64,000 nucleotides of DNA from Octopus vulgaris (GCA_951406725.2 OX597819.1:101556001-101620000); one strand, 5' to 3'; counted from the stretch's first letter, positions 14,046 through 28,355 are shown. Made by a program: numbers and translations. Notes: a model not told the origin generated them from the letters alone.

Positions 14046-14159
14046 AATCAACATCACATCTTACCGTATTTATCAACCGAAACAGTAAAGGCAGAAGCAA
14101 GTGCAACGTTAGTAGTAGTAGTAGTGGTGATAGTAATGATGGTGGTGGTGGTGGTGGTT

Positions 14160-14203
<44 letters not shown>

Positions 14204-14451
14204 TCTTGTCCGTGTCGACAGCATCAGCTTAAATGTCCATCCTTTCTGTGGGTCACAGAGTAGCTGGCTACCACGATAGCATATTGAAATCTCTCTCTCC
14301 TTCTCTCTTTCTCTCTCATTGCCTGTTCCTCACCCTCTCCCTCTCTATCTATGTATGTATCTATCTATATACATAGGTATCAACGTACGTATATATAGAC
14401 ATATGTATATGTCTGGGCAAATATATTTACACCTAAGTATATATATATATA

Positions 14452-14511
<60 letters not shown>

Positions 14512-15024
14512 GGTCCCATACATACATTCATATATATATATATTTATATATATACATATACATACATTCATATATGTGTATATATATATATATATATATG
14601 TGTGTGTGAGTATGTATATGTATATAGTGTTGTGTCTAGGGAGAGTCATTCTCTTTTGGTGCCTTATTATTTAACACACTCACCGGTTAAGTTTCCACTC
14701 ATTATTTATTTCTTCTAAAAGTTACGTTGCGTCTTGCGAACTTCTCAATAGTTATCGACTCTGTCCGTTATCCGATCTGCGTTCTTTTTGTTTGTTTGTG
14801 CGCATGTGTGCGTGTATATGGTCTCGTGTTTCAGTGTGCATTTGCGTATGTATATGTGCTTGTCTGTTCCTAATACCTATGTACCTATCCGTCTATATGT
14901 CTATCTGTTTACATTCATATCCATTTACCTACATACATATGCATATACATATACGTATACATATACATATTTACACATACACACATATACATACATCTAC
15001 ATAACAGCCCACTTAAAATTATAC

Positions 15025-15079
<55 letters not shown>

Positions 15080-15080
<1 letters not shown>

Positions 15081-15297
15081 AGGTGTGTTCTCTTAAGAAT
15101 GTATAAGAGTACAAATAGAGCTTGTTCACCCTTAGAATTCCCAAAAAGCCGGTAGTATTCTTATGGTATGCTACCAATTCTAATCTGAGGTATTCATCGT
15201 GTGTGAAAATAAAAAGTTAAAAGTAAGAGTCAAAAGGAAGAGTAAGCTGTCTAAGCGTACTTACTCTTCCTTTTGACTCTTTTACTTTTTACTTTAT
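15080..15297. mobile_element. (TA)n-adjacent tail plus fold-back element
   Basis: 21-bp perfect inverted repeat 15226-15246 / 15260-15280, extendable imperfectly to ~35 bp. Confidence 0.6.
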
Positions 15298-15299
15298 AC

Positions 15300-15455
15300 A
15301 TTCTCTCTGTTTATTTCCTCATGTTCCTTTCTGTTGAAGAGCTTAGGCTCGAAACGTAAAAGACTTTCTCACCTTTCCGAGCGTGAAACTAATATACCTG
15401 CTTTTTGTTTATACACCTGTTCTCGTCTTTTGATTTTTTGTAAATTTCAACTTTA
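15300..15455 (+). mobile_element. PLE pLTR remnant with minimal hammerhead (15327-15362)
   Basis: cttt-CTGTTGA-a-gagc-ttag-gctc-GAAA-cg-TA-aaag; homologous to the 3' pLTR of the Neptune element at 30820. Confidence 0.8.
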
Positions 15456-15514
15456 TATATTTATAAAGAAATACATATAATTACGATATAAACAAATAAA
15501 TATGATAAAAGATC

Positions 15515-16495
15515 ATGCAGAGAAAATGTACAATGATGAATCTCTGTATGAGTACAAATCTTGTATATAAATGTACGAGCACACAAGGGGAGGGCCTTAT
15601 GTTTACATTGGACAGATGGTTGATTCATTCAAGAATCGTTATCGCAAACATGTCGCCAGCTTTAAGACAATCAATAAGATACATTCAACATCTTTGGCCG
15701 ATTTTGTATGACGACTGAAGGGGGATAAAATGTTGTACAGCATAACTTGGTCCATAGTAAGTCACGCAAAACCATTCAATATAACTTCCAGGAGATGCCG
15801 CCGCTGTTCCGGAGAATCCTTGTCTATTCTGTGGTCTAATGAGGAGATCATTGATAGAGTTTCTAAGACTCTCGAGATGCCTACATGCATATAAATGTAC
15901 TTTCACACAATGCAGTGGGAATGAATTTTCAGTAAATGTTAACATAATTTACTTTAAGGTATGGTTGACTTAAGTTTACTTTTAACTGCCCCTTGCTTAC
16001 AAGCACTAAATAGATAACTCGCTTTGTGATCAAGTATACAGCAAACCTCAAGTGTACGTATGCTCACATTATCGCAGATGCTTGTATGAGCGACTGCACT
16101 CGCACCATGCAGATTGCCTGTGGGCGTTTATACATCCATATCGGTTAACGGTTATCTTTAAAACTTTTCTCGCTGTATTGCGTGTTTTTTTTTTCGTATT
16201 TCCATCTGTGATTTTATTTTTGTTCTTCTTTGTAAATGATGATATTTTCTTTGTTTGGCTGATTTTCTTTCTACAAAACGAGAAGTTACATTACGGAAGA
16301 GTTTTATTTAACGAGCTGTGTCTATTTTTCAACCAACAAAATTTGATCTGCACTGCCGCATGGTCCTGAACCAGTTGCTGAGCGTCCTATCCAACATGGG
16401 TCGATGCTAGATGTGTCGAAACAATTGTCGTGATTAAAATAATAAATTCACATATATTCCATCTTCCATCTTCCATCATTCATTTGCCATATACA
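15515..16495 (+). mobile_element. Penelope-like element 3' fragment: Naiad-type GIY-YIG endonuclease pseudogene plus 3'UTR/pLTR
   Basis: Frameshifted translation KCTMMNLCMSTNLVYKC../YVYIGQMVDSFKNRYRKHVASFK..STSLADFV*RLK..ITWSIVSHAKPF..RCRRCSGE../SRCLHAYK; degenerate HHR ending GAAACAATTGTC near 16418-16429. Confidence 0.75.
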
Positions 16496-16686
16496 TAACG
16501 ATAACTGTGAAAGTGGGCGTGTTTTACCAGTAAGCAACCAGGTGGAAACCATTCGTTTTATTGTCCAAAATATATATATTCTAAAATTTTAAATGAGGGT
16601 GATAAATTGAATATTAATTTGATCAATATCAAATTAAAAACCAGTGGTCTAGCATATTAAAATTTGAAGGTTCAGAAAATTATATT

Positions 16687-16761
<75 letters not shown>

Positions 16762-16870
16762 TACATACATACATACATACATACAAACTTACATGCATAC
16801 ATATATATTTATATATACATACATGCGTACACACACATGTATGCATTTGTATGTACATGCACACACGTAA

Positions 16871-16925
<55 letters not shown>

Positions 16926-17273
16926 TATGTATATATGTGTGTGTGTTCTTCAATGCATCCATTCTAATTGTTTTTGTAGTCGGAAACATATGCATAAATA
17001 CCTACATAAATGCACTGACATTTACACTCATATTCGCCTAAAAGCATGCATAACACTATTTACAAGAGTTTTTTTTACTTATATATATAGAATTCAATAT
17101 TTAGCTAGTAGCAAGGGAACCAGTATGAAATGCAATATCTAACTTGTCGTGGATGACTTCTTCGAACGACGAATAATGTGTTATACGCCGTAGGAGACCA
17201 TCTCATGTAGATGAATGGTACAAAATAGTAGCAGCAAAACGGTCAAATCGTGTGATTTCATTCTACTAGACTT

Positions 17274-17834
17274 CCTCAGTGGCAGGTGTCAGGTCCCTGC
17301 ATAGTAGCCAACGATATTTAGAATTTCTGTGTCTTTTCAGTCACTGATTTCGCAAATAGTTAGCAAGCATATTGGAATATAATTATTAGCGACGGAAGCA
17401 GTATTAGTATCAAAAGGCGATCTTTGTGTCCAACTTAACGTGGATCCCTTGTAAGAATGCAGAAAACTTTAGTATTCGTCTTAAGAGTTCCTCTTATATA
17501 CACGCATGATGCATGAAAACACAGACATATTACCGTAGCAGATTGTTATGGAAGTCGGAGCTGTTAGAGCGCCTAATTTTAGGCGATCTACTGGAGTGTA
17601 TCTATATGAGACCTCTCATGACTAATACCGAAATATTTGGCGTTTCTAACAAGGTATCCGCATTAAGAGGGACATAAAGATTGCCTTTTAAAACTGATTT
17701 CGCTTCCGTCACTAATGGTTATTTTTTAACGAGACTGCTTGCTATTTGCGACATTAGTGATTGAAAATTCACGAAAACTATATCGTGGAGGTGAAATTTG
17801 GCTGATACACGGTGACCGGACACCTGCCACTAGG
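17274..17834. mobile_element. MITE-like element with ~40-bp imperfect TIRs
   Basis: Left cagtggcaggtgtcaggtc..agccaa versus right ttggct..gaccggacacctgccact; no ORF; TSD not resolved. Confidence 0.6.
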
Positions 17835-18687
17835 CGCCCAATCCTGGCCATCCTTATTGTGGTCTCTGCAAAGAGATTAGCTCCCACAATACATCCCTAA
17901 AAAACAGCGTCCCACACCTCTTCACCTCCGAAAAATTTCCATAACGGTATGATGATGACTCCGGCATCGCAAAAAAGAAAGAAGAAAAAGAAGAAGAAGA
18001 AGAAGAAGAAGAAGAAGAAGAAATCTGCCAATATTTTACTGGTATTTCCATTTATCTATGAGTTTCAAATACACCAACAACAACAACAAAAACAACATCA
18101 ATCGCAAGTCATTAGCGTGTACAAAACGCGATTGTTAAAAAGCTATTTCCGAATATACGCGTCATTTCTGTAATTGGCTTAACCTTGACCAAAAACTCTA
18201 AGAATCGATTTATTTCGTTTGTTAGGGGTCCGAATCAACGAAACAGTATAAGTTGACTGACTGCATGAGCGATTGCAGAAAATTCTAAAAAAAAAAAGAA
18301 AAAGAAAGAAAGGTAAAATGATGAACTAATATAAAATCCGTGGCTTTTACAATTGTTGAGGAAACTTCAGTTGCCACTTAAAGCTAAAAGCATTTACAAC
18401 TCCTCTGAAACTTACTGCATCAGCTCCACCGGCAAGAACAACAACAACCACTACAACAGCTACACAATGACAACAATATATATATATATATATATATATC
18501 CGGAATGAGCCACAAGCTCAACGCCAGCATCCCCGCCCCACGTAGCAGCACCACCATCTCCACCAGCAGTATTAACTATCAACGATGAGAAAGGCAAAAA
18601 TCGAAAGGAAGAAGGAAAGAGAAAGGAAACAACAACAAAATGAAGAACCTTGAAAATGACAAGAACAACGTCAACAACAACAACAAG

Positions 18688-18807
18688 GAAGCTTCAAGTT
18701 TGTGGTGCCATTTTTGAACATCAATAACGGCAATAGCAACAAGATAAAGTAAACGAAAAACGAAGAAGACGAATGAGTAGGAGAAGAAAAAGAAGAAAGA
18801 GGAGGAG

Positions 18808-18839
<32 letters not shown>

Positions 18840-19143
18840 CGAAACTTCAAGTTTGTGGTGCCATTTTTGGAAACCACCAAGTGCAACAGCAGCAAGTAAA
18901 AGTAGAAGAAAAAGAAAGACGGAGGAAGAGGAAGAGGAGGATGAGGAGGGTGAGGAGGATAAGGAGGAGAAGAAGGAGAAGAAGGAGGAGGAGGGGGAAG
19001 AAGAAGTAGAAGAAGAAGAAGAAGAAGAAGAAGAAGAAGAAGAAGAAGAAGAAGAAGAAGAAGAAGAAGAAGAAGAAGAAAAAGAAAAAAGAGGTAGGAA
19101 AAGAAGAAGAAAGAAACTTCAATTTGTGGTGCCATTTTTGAAC
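18688..19143 (+). repeat. Three copies of a ~31-bp unit separated by CAA/GAA/GAG microsatellite spacers
   Basis: gaa(a/g)cttcaa(g)tttgtggtgccatttttg at 18688, 18841 and 19113. Confidence 0.85.
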
Positions 19144-19342
19144 TCTACCAACGGCAACAACAAGAAAAAGTAAAAGAAAAAGGAAGAAGTAGAAGAAGAA
19201 GAAGAAGAAGAAGAAGAAGAAATAGAAGAAGAAGAAGTAGAAGAAGAAGGAAAATAACAGCGAAACTTACGAGTTTACACAAAATGATATTTGGTTTATT
19301 TCAATATATGTACTTATATAAGTACATGTCTTATTATATATG

Positions 19343-19387
<45 letters not shown>

Positions 19388-19487
19388 TATATAGGTATTT
19401 GAGAGCATGAGTGCTTGCGCGTGTGTGTGTGTGTGTGTATGTGTGAACATAGGAGAAGCGGGTAGAAAATACTTAAGAAGTATATGA

Positions 19488-19645
19488 AAGCGTGGCTATG
19501 TGAAGAACTTTGCTTCCCAATCATACTGTTCCGGGTTCAGTCACACTGCCTCTTACCTTGGGCAAGTGTCTTTTATAATACCCTATGTCCAGGTAATGCC
19601 TTATTAATGGATTTGGTAGACAGAAACTGAAAGAAGCCCGTCATG
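19488..19645 (+). mobile_element. SINE family A, 5' half
   Basis: ttccgggttcagtc..cttgggcaagtgtc..ggatttggtagacagaaactgaaagaagcccgtc. Confidence 0.8.
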
Positions 19646-19649
19646 TATG

Positions 19650-19810
19650 TTGGTGATTTTCTTCCTCCGGCTTCCCTTCTTTTGGACTTCCCTCTGTTTA
19701 CGAAGGAGAGCGTCTGCTCGAAAGGTTAAACCATCTTTCTTTTCTTTCTTAAGCGTCTGCTAATACATTACATGTACCATTTTCTGGTACATGTACCAGA
19801 AAATGTTACG
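19650..19810 (+). mobile_element. PLE pLTR remnant with decayed hammerhead and terminal 28-bp palindrome
   Basis: Homologous to 41480-41610 (tggtgattttctt..gagc..gctcgaaa..ttaaa..aagcgtc). Confidence 0.65.
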
Positions 19811-21915
19811 TATGGTACGTATTCTTCCAGCTTGCCGCCCTTCGAACCAGCATATTGGATAGATGGTATTTTAAAGAATAATATTTGAATGGATAGAAAT
19901 AATATCAGTTGCTATAGCGGTCATACAAGAAGCAAAGAGATCAAATTACTACTATTTCAAAGCAGTAATCTTAATTAATTTATAGCATAAATTGTCTTCA
20001 TCTTCCCTGTTTATACCTTTTTAAAACTGTATAGTGTAATCTTTGAAATAATATATTCGAGTTATCTAGTTATATCTACGCTAGATCTTGAACCAGCACT
20101 GTCAAATCTACGGTTTAAACTGGATTTGGTTCTTATATATCTCTAGTAGCCTACCAAAATATGATACCTTCATGGTTGCTTTAGCTCATTTGAACCCAAT
20201 GTTATTGTAACTAACCATTTTCACTTCCGATGTGTCGATGTACCTAGATTGTTATGAATCCTATAGCTATTCAATATCTGAATATAGATATGTGTTTGTA
20301 TATGTATACACCTATACATGTTTTGCATTATGTATGCCTTCTCTCTTCATATATAATCTCAGGACGTTTTTAAATTATACAATTACAATGAATTTATCTT
20401 TGATATTTTGTTATCTCATTCATTCAGAAAACGTGCGGCCCTGATTTGTGATAAGATGAGTAAACAACACTTTATTATGGGCTGTGAAAAGATGAATGAC
20501 TAAATCATCACTAACCAAACTAAAATTATAGAAAGTAGGAACTAGGTTGCACAAACTATATCCTGAAAGGCTTGTATATCGGAGTCTACATAGTCCCCAA
20601 CTGCACGTCCTTGCGCAAAAAAAAGTAAGGAAAAGAAAAAAGAATCATTTCAAAACAACACTGATAAAAATTAATCCGGAGCTGAATCTATATTGACTGT
20701 CAAGCTAACTTGAATGATTTGGTATGTACACTTATAAGAACTTATCTGGGTATGATTTCTTTACTACAGAGTCAAACTGGCTAAAGATGTGCATCCAAGC
20801 TATTGAGAAAGCCGTTCGAATTTAGCTTCATAAAAATGCACTTAAAAGTCACTTAACCGTTGAACTTGTCTTTGATACAAAAGGCCTGTTTTCCAGATTT
20901 TAACCTCCAAGGTGCAACATTACATTATGGTTTATAACCTTAAACGGACATTCAAACATACGTTAAATGTATTATAATTATAACTAATACAAATGTTTTC
21001 GTCATGATCAAACTGCATTGTTCCTGATATGATGTGATATCGACTAATCTGCCTGTGACTACCAAATTTTTGGAATGAAGGGTTACTCTTCTTGCTTCTT
21101 TACATTTTTTTCTTTATTTCGATCCAGATTAATTATGACCAAACAGACCTGTAATGAAAGGGATTGCACCTGCAGACTCTATTTAATCCAAGCATATTGT
21201 ATCCATAGTCATACCAATCAAATTGTTTTTTTTTTTTTACCTTTTTTAAAGCAGTGATTAAATTTGGCTACTATGTGTTGGAAGGACGTACAACTACTTA
21301 ATGTCTTCTCCATTGTCACCGGCAAACTACGTTTTTCGAATCTGACTACCCATGATTTGCCACAGTTTATTCAATTTCTATCTAGAATACGCACTTTCCA
21401 CTTCCTACGTGAACCTAGCAGAAAATGTTATTTTTCACGGCGGATTTCAACTGCCTGAAAAACAAATTTAACCTGCCTGCAAAAAACAATCATCATCATC
21501 GACAAAAGTAACAAAACAAATAAAAAGAAACACCCATTAAAGCAATCTACAGGGTAACTTTTTTCTTTTCATTTTTTTCTTTCAAATATTACTCTGCCAT
21601 CCGTCATCAATGTTTTTAAGCTAAATCTTAATTTTTTCTTTATTTTTTTTTACCCGCAAATTTCTGTTGCAAACCCTTCACAATATATTTATTTATTTAT
21701 TTGTTTAAATTTAATTAATTATTTTTCTGAAAAATTTTCAATATATACTTATTGATTGATTTGTTTATTTATACTAAAACTCTAATTTTCTCTCAAATGA
21801 TATTTTAAGATTTTCAATTAGGAAATGAAACAGAAATCTCCAGTTTGACTATTCTCCTAATTTTATTTTTTAATTTCTTTTTTATATCATACTTTTTACA
21901 AATTTGTTTGCTTCC

Positions 21916-22042
<127 letters not shown>

Positions 22043-22282
22043 CATTACTGTTATTATTGTTATACATTGAAATCTCTCTCTTCCTGCTCATTCTCCCTCT
22101 CTCACTCTTCCTGCTCCTTCTCTCTCTCTCTCTCTCTCAGTCTCTCTCTCGCTCTTGCACGCTTTTCTAATTTAAAATTTTTTTATCGCTATTTCTCTAT
22201 TTGTAATTTTTAATCTTTTCCAAAATGTTTTGTTTCAAATCAAAATTCTTTGTCTCCTATACGCTCTGTATAATAATAATGC

Positions 22283-22418
<136 letters not shown>

Positions 22419-22445
22419 TACTACTACTAATACTGCTACTACTAC

Positions 22446-22512
<67 letters not shown>

Positions 22513-22625
22513 TCTTGCTTGATATTCATTAATCTTATTATTTTTAACTTTTACATTTTTATATCAATTTCCATGTACACACATGCATACACTCACATAA
22601 ATACGCGTAAGCCTACATATCTGTC

Positions 22626-22659
<34 letters not shown>

Positions 22660-23118
22660 AATACCTGTGTATTTCCTCGGCGATTCTCTTCTATGTATGC
22701 ATGTTTGTATGCATACATATGCTGTATGTATGTATGTTCGTATATGCGTTTGACTCTTTGAGTATTGCCTATTATCATTATTCTTGTACTGTTGTTGATA
22801 TTGCTATTATTTTTAATACCGCCATTATTAGCACCAACGCTAGCACCAACACCACCACCACCACCATCACAACCATCACCGTCATCATCATCATCATCAT
22901 CATCATCATCGTCATCATCATCTTCATCGTCATCATCATCATCAACAACAACAACCTCGTCATCGTCATTATTATTAGTATCATTTATTCATTTATATTT
23001 ATTTATTTACATAAAAGATCACCAACAATAGAAACATTATTATATTTAAATCATCACCATCATCATCATCGTCATCGTCATCAACATCACTATTACCATT
23101 ATCGTTATTGCTGTTCTT

Positions 23119-23258
<140 letters not shown>

Positions 23259-23280
23259 CATTATTATTATTATTATTATC

Positions 23281-23344
<64 letters not shown>

Positions 23345-23783
23345 ATATTTTTTTAAAGATGATTTCGTTTGGAAATTTAAAAACAAAAGCATTGACAATG
23401 GTTGAAAGAAAAAGCTGATGTCATTGCGTAGTGAGGTCGGGGAGAGGAAAAGGAGAAAAAAATATGAGAAAATACAAAAAACAAAACACCATCAAGCTAC
23501 AGAAAGCAAGGCTTGTGAAGATGTTGGTGTGGGTGGTTTAGGGTTATGGGTACGTTGCTAATGTTGATATTGCAGTTGATGATGGCGGTGATGGTGATGT
23601 GGCTGGTGGGTTTAGGAGTGTGATGATTGTAGAAATTGCTCGGATGATATTGGTGCATTTTCTGGTGGGGGTGAGGGTTGGAAGATGACGATGATGATGA
23701 AGGTAGTAGTGGCAGTAATAGTAGTAGCAGCAGCAGAATTGGTTGTAGTAGTAGAATTGTTAGTAGTAGTAGTAGTAGTAGTA

Positions 23784-23829
<46 letters not shown>

Positions 23830-23877
23830 AAATAGTAGTAGAAGTATTAGTAGTAAGAGTAGTAGCAGCAGCAGTAG

Positions 23878-23937
<60 letters not shown>

Positions 23938-24241
23938 AAGGAATAGTTGTAGTAGTAGAAATATTAGTAGTAGTAGTAGTGATGTGGTGGTGTAAGAAAT
24001 AATGACAGTGGTGCAGACAGCAGTATAGTGTTTAGCAGAGGAGCAATCATAGATGGTGGGGTATGGTAACATATGCGAAATATTGGGATGCGTTGGTGGT
24101 CGGGTGCAGTTATAAAAGTGTGTGTATATGAGTACATACATACATGCATAAATGCATACATAGGAACATACATAAATACATACATACATATATATACACT
24201 CATACACACACACATACATGTATATATATATATATATATAA

Positions 24242-24346
<105 letters not shown>

Positions 24347-24559
24347 TATATTGGGTAGACGGAAAGTGAAAGAAGCCGATGTTTATATATATATTTAAGT
24401 AAATATAATTTAATCGATTCTTTTATACTTTTACTTGTTTCAGTCAGTTGTCTGCGGCCATGCTGGAACACCGCCTTTAGTCGAGAAAATCTCAGAACTT
24501 CGCATTCCTGTCTGAGAGGCACGGCATGCAACTGAGATAGGAGGTGAAAACCACCACCG

Positions 24560-25125
24560 TCCCAGAACCACTGCATGCCCCATACATTTCAGCGAAGAAC
24601 CGCTGAAATTCCGCACAAACCTACTCGGAATCGGTTATCATGTGTCCATCACAGCTCGCCAAAGACTGAATTGTTGCTTTGTTTCACGAATCACTTTCGT
24701 CCCCTCCCATCTCAATGCACACACCCTAGCTCTGACAGCGCATCCTTTGTACTTGGCCTTGAAGAATTGATCAAGGGTCAATCTCCTCACCAGCACGTTG
24801 GTCGCTATGCCTTTCATAAGCGTCTTTTCTAGCTTCCTAAGTCCCCCTCTATCCTAGATTCTTCTAACGCTATTACCTTGCTAAAACATACCACCTCTAC
24901 TCTAATAGCGCTTTTCATGGCTATCTACCAACAGCTGTTGACGATTGCATCTGCTTCATCTCGATGGACTAACTTGCTAACCCAGTCTCTGAACGCTTGG
25001 CGCACCGGGAAGGACGCGTTCATCTTCCACTATTCGGGGCCCTGTCTATGTATCCTATGTATGTCGACCGTACAGATCACAAATTTATGGTCCACGTAGC
25101 CGATCATTTTGAAACGTGAACAACT
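24560..25125 (-). mobile_element. L1/Tx1 ORF2 fragment (APE endonuclease C-terminus and linker), pseudogenised
   Basis: Minus translation IGYVDHKFVICTVD..RQGPE*WKMNAS..W*IAMKSAIR..FSK resembles the L1/Tx1 SDH..GYWKLN motif. Confidence 0.7.
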
Positions 25126-25639
25126 TATACTTCTTCTATCTACATGCCTTCCCACGCCATGCGTGAAATCTCTCTGAATTTCTTTCTATACTTTGAGGGG
25201 TAACCGTATTAACATTATATGATCCCGAATCCTAAGGGTGGTGGTATCATAAATTGCACACACTCTCTCTCAGTTTGCTTGCTTTTCGCTATGAGTGCCA
25301 ATAAATTTTTGCTGGCTCTCCTCACGAGTATATAATTTGGTATTTTCCGTGTTGGTGAGAGTGAGCTTTCTTTTGGAGGCTACATGGTGGATATGATTGG
25401 GAGAGTGGTGGTTGTGGAGATGATGGTGGTGCTGGTGTTGTTTGTACTGTGTCTATGTTCGATGTGCTGGGTATTTCTTTGTTTTTGGGTGTTGATGTAG
25501 GCTCTTTTGACTTTTGTTTCCTATGCCTTTTTCGCTTTTTACTTTGTGGGGATCTTCGTTGTCTTCAGTAGGGGATGAGTCGTGGCTAGTGTTTGCAAAA
25601 TAATAATAATAACAATAATAATAATAATAATAATAATAA

Positions 25640-25670
<31 letters not shown>

Positions 25671-25710
25671 AGAGAAGTAAAAGTAGGAGAAGAAGAAGTA
25701 GAAGTAGAAG

Positions 25711-25779
<69 letters not shown>

Positions 25780-25826
25780 CAGTAGTAGTAGTAGTAGAAG
25801 AAGAAGAAGAAGAAGAAGAAGAAGAA

Positions 25827-25858
<32 letters not shown>

Positions 25859-25887
25859 AGCAGCATGATAAAAATAATATTTATAAT

Positions 25888-25955
<68 letters not shown>

Positions 25956-25956
<1 letters not shown>

Positions 25957-26501
25957 TGCCCTGATGCAGTACCAGATAGTGGCTCTCATGGCTTCTGATC
26001 TTAACTGATTGGAAATGTCATCATGTACAATGTTTTGTCTTGGTATAAAATATGGTCTACAGCAAATATTCAGCTCAATACCACAAAGGGACTTGTCATT
26101 TGTTTCACCTCAACCAGTTGAGCATGTCCCTTAGTGTCTGGCGATATGTGCATCTCTGATCACGAGCAGAAGTATTGGGGAGCATCATAGCCGTGTGATG
26201 AAAGGAATTCTTTGAGGTTTGGATAATTAACCTTTGTAAACGTGGGTGGTTCATTTAACAACCTTAAACAATCCTTATTCAAGGACCTTTCGAGCAGGAT
26301 GGGCTACTAGACCACAAGAAAATTCTGACTGGGCCCCCACCTGCAAGGTCATGCACTGTTTATCTTGATATGAGATCACCATGTCGCGCACATATGGTTG
26401 TGATGCATGTGCCTGATGTACTCTTATCAGACGATGGGTATACTGGGCTTCGTATATTTTAACTTAGTGTCACTTGGATGGCATGCACTGCTCTCTCACT
26501 C
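25956..26501 (+). mobile_element. Non-coding ~550-bp element inserted in (TAA)n, copy 2
   Basis: Matches 3978-4530; (TAA)n on both flanks. Confidence 0.85.
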
Positions 26502-26523
26502 AATAATAATAATAATAATAATG

Positions 26524-26649
<126 letters not shown>

Positions 26650-27052
26650 GTAATAATAATAATAATATCCATTTTTATTAACAGAGCTACAAGGGTTGAA
26701 ACTTGAAGCCATTGAACACATGATTACATCGAGATCAGCGCCTGAATGGCAATGTATTTCATTGACCCGCGAACGCTAGAAGGTAGTAAAATACAGAAAT
26801 AAAAAAAAAAAATGAACACTTTTTTTTTTCTTTTACAACAAAATAACAATGATAAAAAGTAATATTTAGAAATTATAATTTCTGAACACATGTGAATGTT
26901 TCTGTGTATGAGGTGGATAACTTCCATCACACATACGTTGTATGATACTTTTTAGGTGTGTGTATACGTGTATGCGCGTATGTGAGTCTCCCTCTGTGCG
27001 TGTATATGTATATATATATATATACACATACATACCTACATATACACATATA

Positions 27053-27139
<87 letters not shown>

Positions 27140-27723
27140 GCACGCGTGATTGTACGAGTTATGCATATGCATAAGAACATCTACGTAGGTATGCATATAT
27201 ATATATATATATATATGTATAAATATATGTTTATATATATATGTATGTATGTATATATAGTGAGAGAGAGAGAGTGTGTGAAAGTGATACACACATACGT
27301 ACATACTTACATACACGCAGTTATAACACACATGTATAACATGTATATATTTATGCATACATATACATAAAATGTGTGTGTGTCCGTGTGTAGAATCGCA
27401 CATATATATGTGAGGTGTGGGGTAGATATGCGTTTCTTTAACGTAGAATTATTTTGGTAAATATATGAAGTCAAATAAAATGGAAGATAAATCAATCAAA
27501 ATCTGACACGTTAATAACAGCAACAACAAAAACAACAACAATAAAAACAGAAACAAGAGCAAAAACAACAACAACAACAGCAACAACAACAACATTAACA
27601 TGTACAAGCACTAGGTTGTAGTGTGATGGCAAGTGATGGAAAATGGGGCCTTGTGGGGGCAACTGTGTTTCTTGTCTAAATAGACAGGGTCATTAACTAT
27701 GTGATGTAGTATGCACCCCAACT

Positions 27724-27762
<39 letters not shown>

Positions 27763-28125
27763 ACTAACACACACAACCCATCTCCTCCACACAGACGCAC
27801 AAACACACACAATCATCCACTCACATGCAGACATACAGTCAGAGAAAGAGGGACTGAGAGAGACAATTACACACAAACGAATGAACACATCCATTCACGT
27901 TGAGAAACGATTGTGTACGCAATGCAATACATGAACATAGAAGCATATGCACACAATTTCTTATATATATATTTTCTCTTTTATCAGATTCAGTTCAAAG
28001 CTGTGGCCATGCTGAGGCACCGCTGTTTTGCTACACTGTTATTGTTGAGAGCCTCCTCTAATACGTAGCATTTGGTAAGTAAGGGAGTCTGATGTTGCAA
28101 CCCTCATTTGCATTTCCTGTCACTA

Positions 28126-28185
<60 letters not shown>

Positions 28186-28355
28186 TTTTCTTTATCTATA
28201 TCTATCAATCTATCTATCTATCTAATTATCTATCTACCTACCTATATATCTAAATATCTATCTATCTATATGCATAGATATATTGGGTCACCATGATTGA
28301 CCGCTAAATCAATTTAGCAGTCAAAAAAGAGAGAGGGGGAGAAGGGAAGACAGAC

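Noticed and set aside
14620-14755. Hammerhead in TA-adjacent repeat
   Set aside because: Neither CUGANGA nor GAAA box is intact on either strand
15709-15711. In-frame TGA as selenocysteine
   Set aside because: Aligns to a conserved Trp position in an otherwise frameshifted copy
18688-19143. CRISPR-like repeat-spacer appearance
   Set aside because: Eukaryotic context, spacers are long unequal microsatellites, no cas genes
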